Notes: generated from the letters alone by a model not told the origin. A stretch of 64,000 nucleotides of DNA from Mytilus edulis (GCF_963676685.1 NC_092350.1:29946001-30010000), one strand, 5' to 3'; counted from the first letter of the stretch, positions 47,707-60,915 are shown. Made by a program: numbers and translations.

Positions 47707-49175
47707 GTCAACAGAACATTGTGTATTTAATCATGAAAGATGTGCATTCTATATACATCATTAATGGAAGCGATCATAACAAAAAGGACTTTGTGACACC
47801 AGATATGCCAGAGCCAGGGGAAATTCAGCAGTTGTTTACCAGACTGAACTATTCTTCACATATATATCATTCCTTGATGCATGAATTGATAAAATTTGAA
47901 TAAATTGTTACTGTTTAATAGAAATAAAAGTTGTATTTATCTTTAATGACTTTACAATCTAAAACATCAAAGACAAATAAGGTATAACTTCATCTTGCAT
48001 TTGACAAGGTTCTCTTACAAACATTTAGTTTTTTATTGTACAAGTTTATACTGTATATTTTCCATCATGTACAGTCCTACTTTTAGAAATAGGAAGATGT
48101 GTATGATTGCAAATGAGACAGCTTTCTATCCAAGTCAAAATGTTTTAAAAAAAGTAAACCATTATAGATCAAAGTATAGCCTTTAACACAGGGCTTGACT
48201 TACACCAAACAGAAAGCTATCAAGGGCCCCAAAATAGCTAGTGTAAAACTATTCAAACAGTTAACTAATGGTAAAATCTATCCAAAAAAGAAGAGAAATC
48301 ATATCCAATGGATCCTTTTGCGAGGGTTTGGTAAAGAAATCAAGTCATATTGGTTACATAATTGGCAACAGTTGTCATTTCATTGAATAAATGTCAATTT
48401 CCACAATTTTGATAATAAATAAAACATGCACGATATTTGACGATAAAATAGCAACATTGAGACACACAAATCTTCTACATATCCAAACAAACAAAGACAC
48501 TTGATCGATCTACATTCAATTAACATTTGTCCAACACTTTACACAGATTCATCCTGCTTAAACCATGTAAACTATTGAAGAAGAAAAATTGTTCTTTAAC
48601 CATCATTGTTTTAACTGATACACTGTGATAATGACCATTAAATCACAACTGGAAATTATAGCTACAAAGTTTGTAAGTAGTTTGCCCATTGCAAGATTTT
48701 CTTTAATGTCTTATTACATTTAATTGAGGAGAAAAAAAATGTCTTAAGAAGTACAAGATTCCTTTGCCATAGTCAATGTTCCAAGAAGTTGTTGTAGTAC
48801 TCCTAGAAATGGTGAAAGTCCCACAACTACACTATTAATATGAACACATCAAAATTACAGTAGTATATAGTCAACTACACATGATGGACTTATCCTACCA
48901 AATATGAGAGCCACCTTCAGATTTTTCTCAAAGGAGTTCAGTTCACTATGCTATTGTCACAAAACTCCAGAAAATGGTCAAGGTCTAATATCTCCCATAC
49001 AAATAGTCAGATCAAAATGATAGAATCATATGCTCACGTACACATAATTTAAGTTAAATGCCTAAGTTGTAAGAAAGACTCCAACAAATGGTGAACGTCC
49101 TACAACTCCCCTTAATATATTAGAATAAAAATCATGGTTAAATACATGTGGCAAAAAATATGCACAAATTTAGAC

Positions 49176-49295
49176 AATATACGTATAGTGTCTTGAAATA
49201 TGAAATTTATTTGTATGAGGCTTAGAACACAGCATTTCCCCTGTTTCGTGCCGAATACAAAAAAATTCATAATTCAAGACACTATACGTATATTG
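49176..49295. repeat. Inverted repeat / hairpin, ~33-bp arms
   Basis: CAATATACGTATAGTGTCTTGAAATATGAAATTT ... AAATTCATAATTCAAGACACTATACGTATATTG. Confidence 0.8.
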
Positions 49296-50527
49296 TTTTT
49301 ATACTGAAATCGATAAAAAAAAATAATAAAAAAAATAAAAATATGTAACATATATTGTTCAAAAAAAGTGTTTGGAATTTCCCTCTTGGGGTACCATTTT
49401 GGGGTATTTCCCTATGATCGTAGTCCAGGCGATAAGACATTGACATTTTAAGGAATTAGAAAGGGGAAATGAAATTAATTAATAACATTTAATAAACATG
49501 GTATATAAATTACCAATTTGAAGACATCACAAGTTAAATTTATAAAAGTTTGACCATTGTTACTACACGTTGTCATAGTTGTGACGTGACGTTGTTGATG
49601 AAATACAGTAGTTCCGGTAAGTAGGCGGGGCTTATAGGTTAGTTGAGGTCATTGACGTATAAAGCTAATGTTCATACGTATAGCTTTATCTGTATAGTAA
49701 AATAGCTGCTTACACTAACGATAACATGTATGAAAGAGGGACTGTAAACATAATAAGCTGTTGATAAATAGAGAGCAGCACATCATATCAGAAACTTAAT
49801 AATTTTACCTTCCGTTACGTAGTATAGACAGTATCAGGAATATCTGTACATGATGTTGTGTTTGTTATCAACACATTATGCTAATAAAATATTCCGCTGT
49901 AATGTCTCATACCGGCCAGACAATATCATATGTAAACTTGTTTATCAAAAGGCATGAACGATCTTCGAAAAAAGGAAATATTACCAATGAAGCGTTACCG
50001 AGCTAAAATTCATACTTTTCTTAACTATATGTGTTATTCTATCAACATATATATGTTACCATTTCATTTTAATATTTTACGTTGTACATTCGACCAGTAT
50101 TAAGTTTTGATAATTTTCTTGCCTTTGCTTATGTCTTCAAATATTCATCAGTATGCGATACTGTAATGTACCTGACCGGATTCAACAACAAAAACCTAAG
50201 GCAGATTGAGTTCTCCCACAGTAAATTGCTTCGTCGTTTCAGTGACGACGATGTGTGAACAAAACAAAGAGACATACTAGTAATAGGCATCATATGGAAA
50301 TGTACAAAATATGGGTACAGCAGTCATTCAACAGTGTGTCATTATCTTAATCACTATACTACAATCCATATTTATAAAAATTTGGAATTTAGGAATGATC
50401 CCGCGGAGCCACTCCTTGTTATCTTATCTAGCATCGAAAACTGTGATAAAGTACTATAATAAACTCATAATAGATATCAGGATTAAAACTTCGAACGCAT
50501 TTGCTTTTTTATTGAAACAGTAATTTA

Positions 50528-50731
50528 ATGACCTCCTATACATCAGATGTCATTAGGTTGACTAAGGAAATGATTGGGTGTTTCTCATTACATGGCCTGC
50601 TATACATCTGGTGTCATTAGGTTGACTAAGGAAATGATTGTGTGTTTCTCATTCAATGACCTCCTACACATCTGGTGTCATTAAGTTGACTAAGGAAATG
50701 ATTGTATGTTTATCATTAAATGGTCTCCTAT
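50528..50731. repeat. 64-bp minisatellite, left part (split by the ISL2EU insertion)
   Basis: Unit CATCTGGTGTCATTAGGTTGACTAAGGAAATGATTGTGTGTTTCTCATTCAATGACCTCCTATA, ~3 copies. Confidence 0.9.
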
Positions 50732-50882
50732 AGCCCTTTCCGATAACTAGGTTATCTTCCCTGAAATTTGGAACTCTCCTGTGAAAGGAGATAGTGGTAA
50801 AAGTGCTTCCGGTAGGTAACCGGCAAACTGAAACGTAACTGGTTGCACGGTGGATAAAGTCAGTTTATAGCGAGATATAGTC

Positions 50883-53124
50883 ATGGGAAAACTATACTGT
50901 TGTGCAACAAATTGCCATAACTATAGTGGCAAAAGCGTAAATGACAATACTGTGACTTTACATAGGTTTCCTGTAAATAGAAGACACAAATCTATATGGC
51001 AATGCCGTGTCAGTCGCAAACAATGGAAGCCAACAAGTTGTTCAAGGCTTTGTTCAGAGCATTTCATAACGAAGAGAGGTCCAACAAAAGATCACCCATT
51101 GCCTTCAATATTTGATCACAAGATATTTAAGACCACAAACGTAAGTATTTGTTTTTATTTCTAAACAATGTAAAAAATTGTCTATTTAAAATATTTTGAT
51201 TTAAAAAGATGTCGGACGTTCACCATACACATGTCTATAAATCATTTGTTTTAGTGTTTTTAAGAAATTAATTAAATAGTTTTCATTACAATACTGGTGT
51301 AATTTATTATAATTTCGTGTATACATGATTTATATGGCCATATCAGATGCTTAAAGCCATAAAGGTGTCTTATGTACAAAAATTAAAAAGTGTTATTTCA
51401 TTTGCATGACTTCAATCATCGTTTGCCCTGGGAATTTTCAGAGGCGGATTTAGAGGGGGCCCAGGCCCCCCCTTTTTGGGAAAAAAATTTGGTTGCTTAT
51501 ATAGGAAATCATTGAAGCATGACTGGAGCGGGCCCCCTCTTAGGTCAGTCAGTGGGCCCCCACTTATGAAAATTTCTGGATCCGCCACTGATTTTATCTC
51601 CATCTTTTATTAGCCGGTAGCATACACCGACCCAATTGAAAGAATAAGAAAAGCACATGTATCATATGGTTCTCTTTTTTAGTGCCTACATGTACACCCA
51701 GTACAATAATTAATATTGACACGTATGCATCCTGAAGCATATTTTTGTATATGTATTCCATGACTTTATATATAATATATGTGTGTGTATTTAATCCTTA
51801 AAAGTTTAGTAAATTAGCAGTATTTTGCTTTCCATACATGTATTTGATTTGCCCTCCTTTTTTTCAGTTTGATTCATCTTTTAAAGAATTTGAGGAAAAC
51901 AATGATTGTACTAGTACTGAAGATGAAACAGATCGTGATATCATTTGTGATGGAAATAAAGAGGCAAATAATGGCATAGCTGATGATCCAAGTAAACATT
52001 TTTTCACTGTTGACAGTCCTTCTACTATTAATACTTCTGTTAGATTGAACGATTACTGTGGTTATATTGATCCATCACATATCAGCTCTAAACTTAATCA
52101 GGAAACACAATGCGGAAAAACATGTACTGGAATTTTAAATGACTTTAGTTCACAGACTGATACTTTAACAACAGAAAAAGAAAACCAACCTTATACTGTA
52201 TACCCTATCACAGATGCTGAAGTAAATGCCACACTGCCATTTTTAACTATTGACGATATCAGTAGTGAGGAAGTTACATTTTATACAGGTTTACCTAATA
52301 AGCCAACATTTTATTTATTGTATGAACATATAATGTCAAATATAAAAATTGTTGAGCCAGAGACTGGAGGCAGACCTCAAAAACTTAGAGGTGTGGATGA
52401 ATTATTTATGGTTCTAATGCGGTTGCGTCTGGGTTTACTTACTCAGGACTTGGCACGTCGTTTTAATATTTCTGTTTCTACTTGTAGTAAAATATTTAAC
52501 AAATGGATTGATTTAATGTATGAACATTTACATTTTCTTGTTGCCTGGCCTGATAGAGAAACTGTCAAATGTAATATGCCTGACAGTTTTAAAAGGAGGT
52601 ATCCAAATTGTCGTGTAATTATAGATTGTACTGAAATATTCACAGAAACGCCACAGTCATTATCTAATAAAGGAAGAATGTACTCTGACTACAAGTCACA
52701 TATGACATGGAAAGTTTTAATAGGAATAAGCCCGAATGGTGTGATTACTCATGTGTCTGACCTTTGGTCAGGTAGTATATCAGATAAACAAATAACAAAA
52801 TCCAGTGGTCTTATTAACAAGTGTGATCCAGGCGATGCAATAATGGGGGATAAAGGATTTCTTATATCTGATATGTGTACTCCGAAAGGAATTTATCTCA
52901 TAGTACCACCAACCAAAAAAAATGGTAAATTGACAAAACATGAAGTTGAAAAAACGAGGAGGATAGCTAATCTTAGAATACATGTTGAGCGTGCCATGGA
53001 AAGAATTAAAAACTTTCGTATAATACAAGGAGTAATGCCAATTTCCATGTCAGAAAAAGTTTCAAAGATTGTATTTATTGTTTGTGCTCTTTGCAATTTG
53101 CTACCACCTCTTATTCAACAATAA
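50883..53124 (+). CDS. THAP-HTH-DDE (DDE_Tnp_4/HARBI1-like) transposase; exons 50883-51140 and 51868-53124; 504 aa
   Basis: THAP: CCATNC...LHRFP...W...RLCSEHF...PSIF. Donor AAC|GTAAGT and acceptor TTTTCAG|TTT in phase 0. HTH: LMRLRLGL...DLARRFNIS. Catalytic IIDCTE / MGDKGF / RIHVERAM. No stops. Confidence 0.93.
51439..51590. mobile_element. MITE with CAG termini and 5-bp TSD (ATTTT) nested in the transposase intron
   Basis: ATTTT|CAGAGGCGGAT...ATCCGCCACTG|ATTTT. Confidence 0.85.
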
Positions 53125-54431
53125 GTTATAATTGTTTTACTTGTAAATACTTGTCACATGACTGTTTTCACTTTGTCCTTCTGTCAGTAAACAATTTTCA
53201 AATACACAAAAACTCCAAAAAGAAGTATATATACAAATGTTTATTTATGACCCCAAATGAAACTTTGGATGTTCTAGTACCTTCTATTTTGATATGCATA
53301 TTAATTTGTGAAAAAGGAGCTACTTTCAGTAAATAAAAGGCCTATTTTTTGCATGTTTTGGTTAAAAATTAAAATGTTGATGAATATTTCTTTGTAAATA
53401 CACAACCAACTTCAAAATATGGATGAAATTCTCTTAAATTGTACATGTATCTATTGATTTTGCATTTATATATACATGTATAAAGTACATTTAATTTATC
53501 TCTAGTTCTATGATTTTAAGAAATGTTTACTTGTAGATACTGTTTACATATATGTATAATTAGCATGATATACAAGGAATAAATTAATATCAACATGATA
53601 CAAATAAACATTTTTCAGCATTGATTGATCATTCATAGTATGTTGATTTTATAATACTAGGAGATGTATTGTGATTGCAAATGAGAAAAGTATTCACCAG
53701 AAAACCAATGACATGTAGTTTGCCTTGAGAACTTCAATAATGAGCAAAACCCATATACCATCATATTCAAAACATATTTAGCCAAACCATGCATTTACCT
53801 GTATAAATAAAATGATTTGTGGTTTATACATCTCTGACACAGAACAGCAATCATGACATCCTGATATCTAATATCAGTCACTGTACTTCACAAAATTGTA
53901 TAGCTTTTTAATATTTGAACAAGTTGAAGCACACCATGGTGAAAATCTTGTTTTAATGTTAGGATAATTTGAACCTTTAATTGCAAATTATATTGTAGGG
54001 TTCAAATTTTTGGTGTTCGTTCCAGAATAAATTTCTGACATGACAGTCTTTCAGGTTTACCCATTCTCAGACTTTTTCATTTTTATTTGATCAAGTGACG
54101 TCCATGATTTGACCTCTACAAATTGAAAAAAAGTTGTATACCACAATAAATTAAAAATGAATGAATCCACAGTAATTTATATGACTTTTCTTGTGTGCAT
54201 TTCAGAAATACTATAAGAGAAAGATAACTAAAATTAAATTTTAACATGTTTAATACGTTTACTCTCAACTGCCATGATTATTTTTGGCTAGAATATATAA
54301 ATATAATCAGGTACATGTATGTAGGTTGTACATGTCTCTTAAGTAACATGATGAAATTTTAAAACAATAAATTATCTTCTGTTCGAAAACATTGTTTCAC
54401 ATTTAACATGTTTAAGGAATTAGTCGGAGAG

Positions 54432-57093
54432 TTAATTGTACAATTTCAGCCTTCGTTTTACACGGCTTGTAAATAGTTCTGGTATAATGGCACTACAGAA
54501 AAATGCATTTAACTTAGGTAACATGATGTTTTCCCAAAGTTCTTTGTCATAGCATATTCTTTCAAACTCCATTCCTTTATTGGTCCAAACAACAAAGTGG
54601 CACCATGCACGTTTAGTTATAGCTAGTTGTCCCTGAACTTGATAATAATAAGAATGACTACGTTTAAGTCTTAAACGCCCAAAATTATCCAGTTCACAAC
54701 AAAAATTGCTCTGCCTTGCCGCTTCCAACGGATGCATGTCTCTTAGGGCATAAGGACATTTAACCTCAATCACACCATGATATGGATTACAATGTGGACA
54801 ATAGACTAATCCATCAGGAGTAGCACCCAAATGTGGCAAATTCTCATTTATAATGACACCATTTTTTGTAGCTGTGAGTGGTGGATGACTCTCCCTTACA
54901 CGAATGAGGTAGCTATCAATAGCTATTTGCTCATGATCTTTGCCCCAGCTGATCGCTGCATTTGTGAAACTTGGTGTGTAATCTAAAAGATACTTTATGA
55001 GGTTGTCAGGTTCAGTGTCAACCTTTCTCCTGACAATATTCCCAAACTTTGAAGCCGTTAGTCGCCCTCTGCGTACCTGTTTCCATAGAGGGTTTTTGTG
55101 TTGCTCTCTTGTAGCTACTTCAATTTTACTACAATCATCCTTTGTTATTTTCAAACTATCAAAATAGGATAAAAAATGTTGAACACACTCGATACTAGTA
55201 ATATCAACTGTATCCATGTACGAAAAGTTTATGTTATGAAGTTTTGGCAATGTTGATACACTTGTATTATTCTCACATGAATCTGATATTTGTGGAAAGT
55301 TCATTAACCAGCCAGCATCAGGGTTTACATTCATAAGTCTTTCCTTAAAGCTAAGAATTGCTGGAGTTGACAGATCTTTCGAGAACGACTCATTTACACT
55401 GTAAAGGGAAACTTTTCTATCGGGAGACTTAAATTTATTGAATACCATTTCTTGAGATTTTTTTGGAGACAGGTTTCTGTTGCGTGGCTTTATCCATTCA
55501 CAAGCCTTTGAGGTTGGTGCAATCTTGCCAGAATATTTTTGTTGTGTTATGTCTGCTATGCCATATAGAAGAGCTGCTATGTGACTACAGGATTCTCCAG
55601 CCCTGCAAAAAACTTCTATATCAATACTTGTAGTCAAATAACTATAAAAACAAAACAATTGTTGAAACACTTCAAAATAAAACTTTAGTAACAATATAAA
55701 CATTAATTTATTGGAACTAGATTAGAAATAGATAGGAAATGTACATTAAGATAATAAAAATAAACTTGCTTCTGCATTATAAAAATGGTTATTATATTAT
55801 TTCCATGCTCTAATTAATGATTAGTAAGTACATGTAATCATTTCATGTTGCTTTAAATATTTAACTTTGAAATGATTTAATTTAATTTACAACATGAATC
55901 TTGATTGTGAAAATTTGTAAAAATAATCACATGTTCTTCCTATGACAATATAATATATTTGACACCTACAAGTTAATCTTAATTGGTCCAGTATATTTAT
56001 TTATTACAGGAAAACATGCAATTTTACAGGTACAAAATGTAGTCTGCCTGCACAGCTTGGTCTCATTACCAGCTGATAACAGGAAATAACATATACAGTG
56101 ACAATGAAATTGAATATGATTATTTGATCTAAATGAGATTTAAAAAAAAATAGTCATTTATTATGTGCATATTTTTTTAATGAATATGTGTAAATATGCA
56201 ATAGTAACTGTACTAACAATATAAAAAAATGTATGTAAACATAACTCAAATGGTTGAATAATGAAGAAAAAAATCCAAATAACTTAATTTTGGAATAATC
56301 ATACTATTAAAGTCATAAAATGAAATAATAGAGGAGATTAAAATCATTAATATTGAAAATATTTTTTACGGGTTCATTTTTACATTACAAGATCAACAAA
56401 ATCAACTTTATCTTATTTCTAGCAGTAGAATCATTTTAAATAAAAATGGAATGCAGGTGATGCATGAACAAATTAATGTTTGCTTTATATTGAGGATTGT
56501 TCATACATTTTGCAAAAAAAAAAATATTCTAAAGAAACTTACCCTGCTACACAGTTGCACTCAGCATTATGAACTCTCCCAGTAACCTTCGACAAATACA
56601 CCCAAGTCTGGTATGCTGGCTTCTTTTTCTTATCCTTTGTTGGTATAGATGGGAGACAGTGGCACTTGATGATACAGTGGGAGCACTTTTCAGATATTTG
56701 GTGGCAATTAATGTTAGAAATGTGTCCTTCTTGGTAAAAAACCTTTGCCTTCAGTTGACGTCTAGCTCCCATTTCACTGGCATCGTAAGATCTATGTCTA
56801 CTTAAAACTAAAAAGTCATATAGTTCTTTGTGTGTAAAGTCCGGAAATTGGTCACAGTTAGTTGACCAACCCTCTTTTAATTCTGTTGGACTGGGTAAAT
56901 TTTCACCTAATGGCGTGAGAAGAGGCGACTTTATATCATCTCGGGGTGCATTATTGTTTATGTCTAGGCCCAGATCTTTAGCCCCTTTTGCCCGCTCTAT
57001 TAATTCAGGCTTATTTCCGAAAGTTGGTTGGTTACATTTCTTCAGAAAATGCTGTAACTCTTTCTTTTTCCAAGTATTGAAGTCACTTGCCAT
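54432..57093 (-). CDS. SAP-like + SWIM zinc finger + YqaJ (lambda-exonuclease-like) protein; exons 57093-56543 and 55602-54432; 573 aa
   Basis: Donor GG|GTAAG and acceptor TTTTGCAG|G (phase 2) rebuild the SWIM motif ECNCVAG-AGESCSHIAALL. N-terminal WKKKELQHFLKK...GNKPELIERA is SAP-like. YqaJ motifs RLTASKFG, WGKDHE, LGATPDG, IEVKCP, YYYQVQGQL. Confidence 0.92.
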
Positions 57094-57262
57094 TGCTATC
57101 TATAAAAACTGTCCTGGTTCACGTAGATATCGATATATAGTAAACTAGTAATTGATGAAGTGGGCGTTGTTATGGACGCTGGTAGGTGTACCTACCGGAA
57201 GCAGTAAATCTCCGATAGCGGAGAACGCCTAAAGGGAAATAACCTAGTTATCGGAAAGGGCT

Positions 57263-57636
57263 ATACATCTGGTGTCATTAGATTGACTAAGAAAATGATT
57301 GTGTGTTTCTCATTGAACGACCTCCTATACATCTGGTGTCATTAGGTGGACTAAGAAAATGATTGTGTGCTTCTCATTCAATGACCTCCTACACATCTGA
57401 TGTCATTAGGTTGACTAAGAAAATGATTGTGTGCTTATTAAATGGCCTCCTATACATCTGATGTCATTAGCATGATTAGATTGACTAAGAAAATGAGTGT
57501 GTGCTTCTCATTCAATTACCTCATATACATCTGGTGTCATTATGTTGACTAAGAAAGTGATTGTGTGTTTTTCATTAAACGGCCTCCTATACATTTGGTG
57601 TCATTAGGTTGACTAAGAAAATGATTGTGTGTTTCT
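57263..57636. repeat. 64-bp minisatellite, right part
   Basis: About 6 more copies of the unit, resuming in register after the right TIR. Confidence 0.9.
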
Positions 57637-57640
57637 GATG

Positions 57641-60600
57641 TATGTACAATGAACTAAATAACCTTGTTTGAAAATTTGCCGCATCAACTCTTATTAGTTA
57701 TATATTTTTTCCCATATTAAAATCTCAACATGTTAAAAATGTTTCTTGTAAAAGTTGTAAAACTTCAAAATTGGATCGGAACAAAATGAAATAAATAGAC
57801 CTTTTCATAGAAAATGACATACCCTCTAAATTTATCAAACGTGTAAATTAATAGGGTAAAACACAATTTACTGATTTGAAAAAAAAATGTGGCACGACCA
57901 ATTTCTATTATCAAAAAAATATACTAAATATTAAAAAGTTTTCCCCTATAAATGTTGCAGAATTAAAAAAAAAAATGGATTTTTTTTAATTCGGAAAACT
58001 GACCGAATGTACAATGATTATAAACTGTTTTAAGTATGTATGTTTTTAAATAAGTCTCAAACATTCATTTTAAAATACTTTTTTTCCAAACGATGGTAAA
58101 TTACTATCTTTTCTAAGATGTTTGATGATTTTAAAATGTGTTACAGTCTTTTGGTACAGGGGAGGAGAGTAATGATTTGAATATGTGTTACAGTCTTTTG
58201 ATACAGAGGAGAAGAGTAATGATTTTAATATGTGTTACAGTCTTTTGATACAGGGGAGGAGAGTAATGATTTTAATATGTGTTACAGTCTTTTGATACAG
58301 GGGAGGAGAGTTTAATATGTGTTACAGTCTTTTGATACAGGGGAGGAGAGTTTAATATGTGTTTCAGTCTTTTGATACAGGGGAGGAGAGTTATGATTTT
58401 AATATGTGTTACAGTCTTTTGATACAAGGGAGGAGAGTTTTAAACTGGTTTCAAACGTTATCGAGAAAGTAGTTATCAATGGTCACTTTTCTACTGTAAA
58501 TTGACTGATAAATAGAACTTTAAAGTATAAGTTTTAAATCAATATGCATTTAAAGCAGTAAAGTATGTGTTAAACAGTACAATTAAAGCTAACGTTGACA
58601 ATTTGTTTTTTTACCAACATAAATGGTTATTTACAGTTAGTGATTTGTGGCTTAAACAGCATTCTATGCACATGTAACACTATATTGTTACCTAATTGAA
58701 ATGCTTAACTAAAACTGTGGTCAGTATGACATACATTAAAACTGCGATGGAAAACTTTTATAACAAGGGCCAACAATTATAGATTTGTTCTTTCTTTGTT
58801 CAATATATCCATAAAATCCTTGTCCTGGAGGTTTTCTGGCCCTACTTATATGCACAGTCAATATGTTTTTTAAGAACCCATGGGTATATAAAACCTTTAA
58901 TGTTTGTACCTTTTGATATATAGCATAACCGGTAAAGAATTGCGTAACTTTGTTTTACGTGGGAATGTTTTAAATGTTTAAATTTCCATATTGCTTGAAT
59001 TATATAATACACAATAATTTTCGGCTTTGTCATCTTTTATTTAACATTTTTATTATATTTAGTTTCCAAACATGATAATGCGATTTTTCACGTACTATTT
59101 TAGTTTATAATTTTTTTCTATTTCATTCGATAAATAAAATCAAAGAAATCTACATCATTAAATATCAAAACGACACGTTATACTTTAATTCGTCAAAAGC
59201 GCTTTTCTGGATTTACCTTCATCGTTTATCGTGTGCAAGTAAAATTTTGAAAATCATTGATATTCAGATATTTTACATTTTTAATGCATTCATTTGTGAC
59301 TGGTGTACCCGTTTGATATGCATTATAAAGCAACTATAGTTCATCGGGTCAACATGACAAGATATACATAACAATGATTTTCAATTATGAAGTAGTGCGA
59401 AAAGCTAAACGAGCAGTTTGAAAGATCATACATCTTAAGTCTTGATATCAGCACTAAGAACAGAACTAAGTAAGTACTATGTTCTTCCAAATTTAAAACT
59501 AATTGCACTAATTGTACACTATATGTACAATGAACTAAATAACCTTTTTCATAGAAAATGGCATACCCTCTAAATTTATCAAACGTGTGAATTAATAAGG
59601 AAAAACACAATTTACTGATTTGAAAAAAATATGTGGCACGACCAATTTCTATTATAAAAAATATACTAAATATTAAAAAGTTTTCCCCTATAAATGTTGC
59701 AGAATTAAAAAAATGGATTTTTTTTAATTCGGAAAACTGACCGAATGTACAATGATTATATAACTGTTTTAAGTATGTATGTTTTTAAATAAGTCTCAAA
59801 CATTCATTTTAAAATACCTTTTTTTCCAAACGATGGTAAATTACTATCTTTTCTAAGATGTTTGGTGATTTTAATATGTGTTACAGTCTCTTGATACAGG
59901 GGAGGAGAGTAATGATTTTAATATGTGTTACAGTGTTTTGATACAGGGGAGGAGAGTAATGATTTTAATATGTGTTACAGTGGAGGAGAGTTTAATATGT
60001 GTTACAGTCTTTTGATACAGGGGAGGAGAGTTATGATGTTAATATGTGTTACAGTCTTTTGATACAGGGGAGGAGAGTTTTAAACTGGTTTCAAACGTTA
60101 TCGAGAAAGTAGTTATCAATGGTCACTTTTCTACTGTAAATTGACTGATAAATAGAACTTTAAAGTATAAGTTTTAAATCAATATGCATTTAAAGCAGTA
60201 AAGTATGTGTTAAACAGTACAATAAAGCTAACGTTGACAATATGTTTTTTTTACCAACATAAATGGTTATTTACAGTTAGTGATTTGTGGCTTAAACAGC
60301 ATTCTATGCACATGTAACACTATATTGTTACCTAATTGAAATGCTAAACTAAAACTGTGGTCAGTATGACATACATTAAAACTGCGATGGAAAACTTTTT
60401 TAACAAGGGCCAACAATTATAGATTTGTTCTTTCTTTGTTACATATATCCATAAAATCCTTGTCCTGGAGGTTTTCTGGCCCTACTTATATGCACAGTCA
60501 ATATGTTTTTTAAGAACCCATGGGTACATAAAACCTTTAATGTTTGTACCTTTTGATATATAGCATAACCGGTAAAGAAATGCGTAACTTTTTTTTACGT

Positions 60601-60915
60601 GGGAATGTTTTAAATGTTTAAATTTCCACATTGCTTGAATTATATAATACATAATAATTTTCGGCTTTGTCATCTTTTATTTAACATTTGTATTATATTT
60701 AGTTTCCAAACATGATAATGCGATTTTTCACGTACTATTTTAGTTTGTTAAATTGAACTCACTCAATTACGAATGTTTCCTTTGACTTCAAATTTTTATT
60801 TTTTCTATTTCATTCGATAAATAAAATCAAAGAAATCTACATCATTAAATATCAAAACGACACGTTATACTTTTAATGCGTCAAAAGCGCTTTCCTAGAT
60901 TTACCTTCATCAAGA
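57641..60915. repeat. Local direct duplication (~57641-59225 vs ~59522-60915) containing a 47/40-bp minisatellite
   Basis: Long near-identical blocks (ORF-track peptides 58842-59033 and 60482-60673 are almost the same). Unit ATATGTGTTACAGTCTTTTGATACAGGGGAGGAGAGTAATGATTTTA at 58130-58440 and 59865-60080. Confidence 0.92.

Larger units (their letters stand above)
50732..57262 (+). mobile_element. Complete ISL2EU-type (PIF/Harbinger-related) DNA transposon, 6531 bp
   Basis: Perfect 24-bp TIR AGCCCTTTCCGATAACTAGGTTAT; AT TSD (50730-50731 and 57263-57264); convergent THAP-DDE transposase and YqaJ nuclease genes, the defining ISL2EU architecture. Confidence 0.93.

Noticed and set aside
48800-49115. 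Three diverged AAATGGTGAA.GTCC motifs about 115-165 bp apart
   Set aside because: Too degenerate to define a unit or function by eye.
51838-51867. ATG start of the 428-aa transposase ORF (and the 55703 start of the YqaJ ORF)
   Set aside because: These N-termini are intronic; splice acceptors at 51867 and 55603 join upstream exons in frame and restore the THAP and SWIM domains.
50883-53124. Domesticated host THAP or HARBI1 gene
   Set aside because: Enclosed by perfect TIRs and a TSD inside a split minisatellite, so it is a transposon copy.
54432-55703. Phage or bacterial contamination (YqaJ viral recombinase)
   Set aside because: The gene has a spliceosomal intron, sits within a eukaryotic TIR element, and matches the AT-rich host context.
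58842-60673. Pair of similar 63-aa ORFs as a small gene family
   Set aside because: Explained by the local duplication; no coding evidence.
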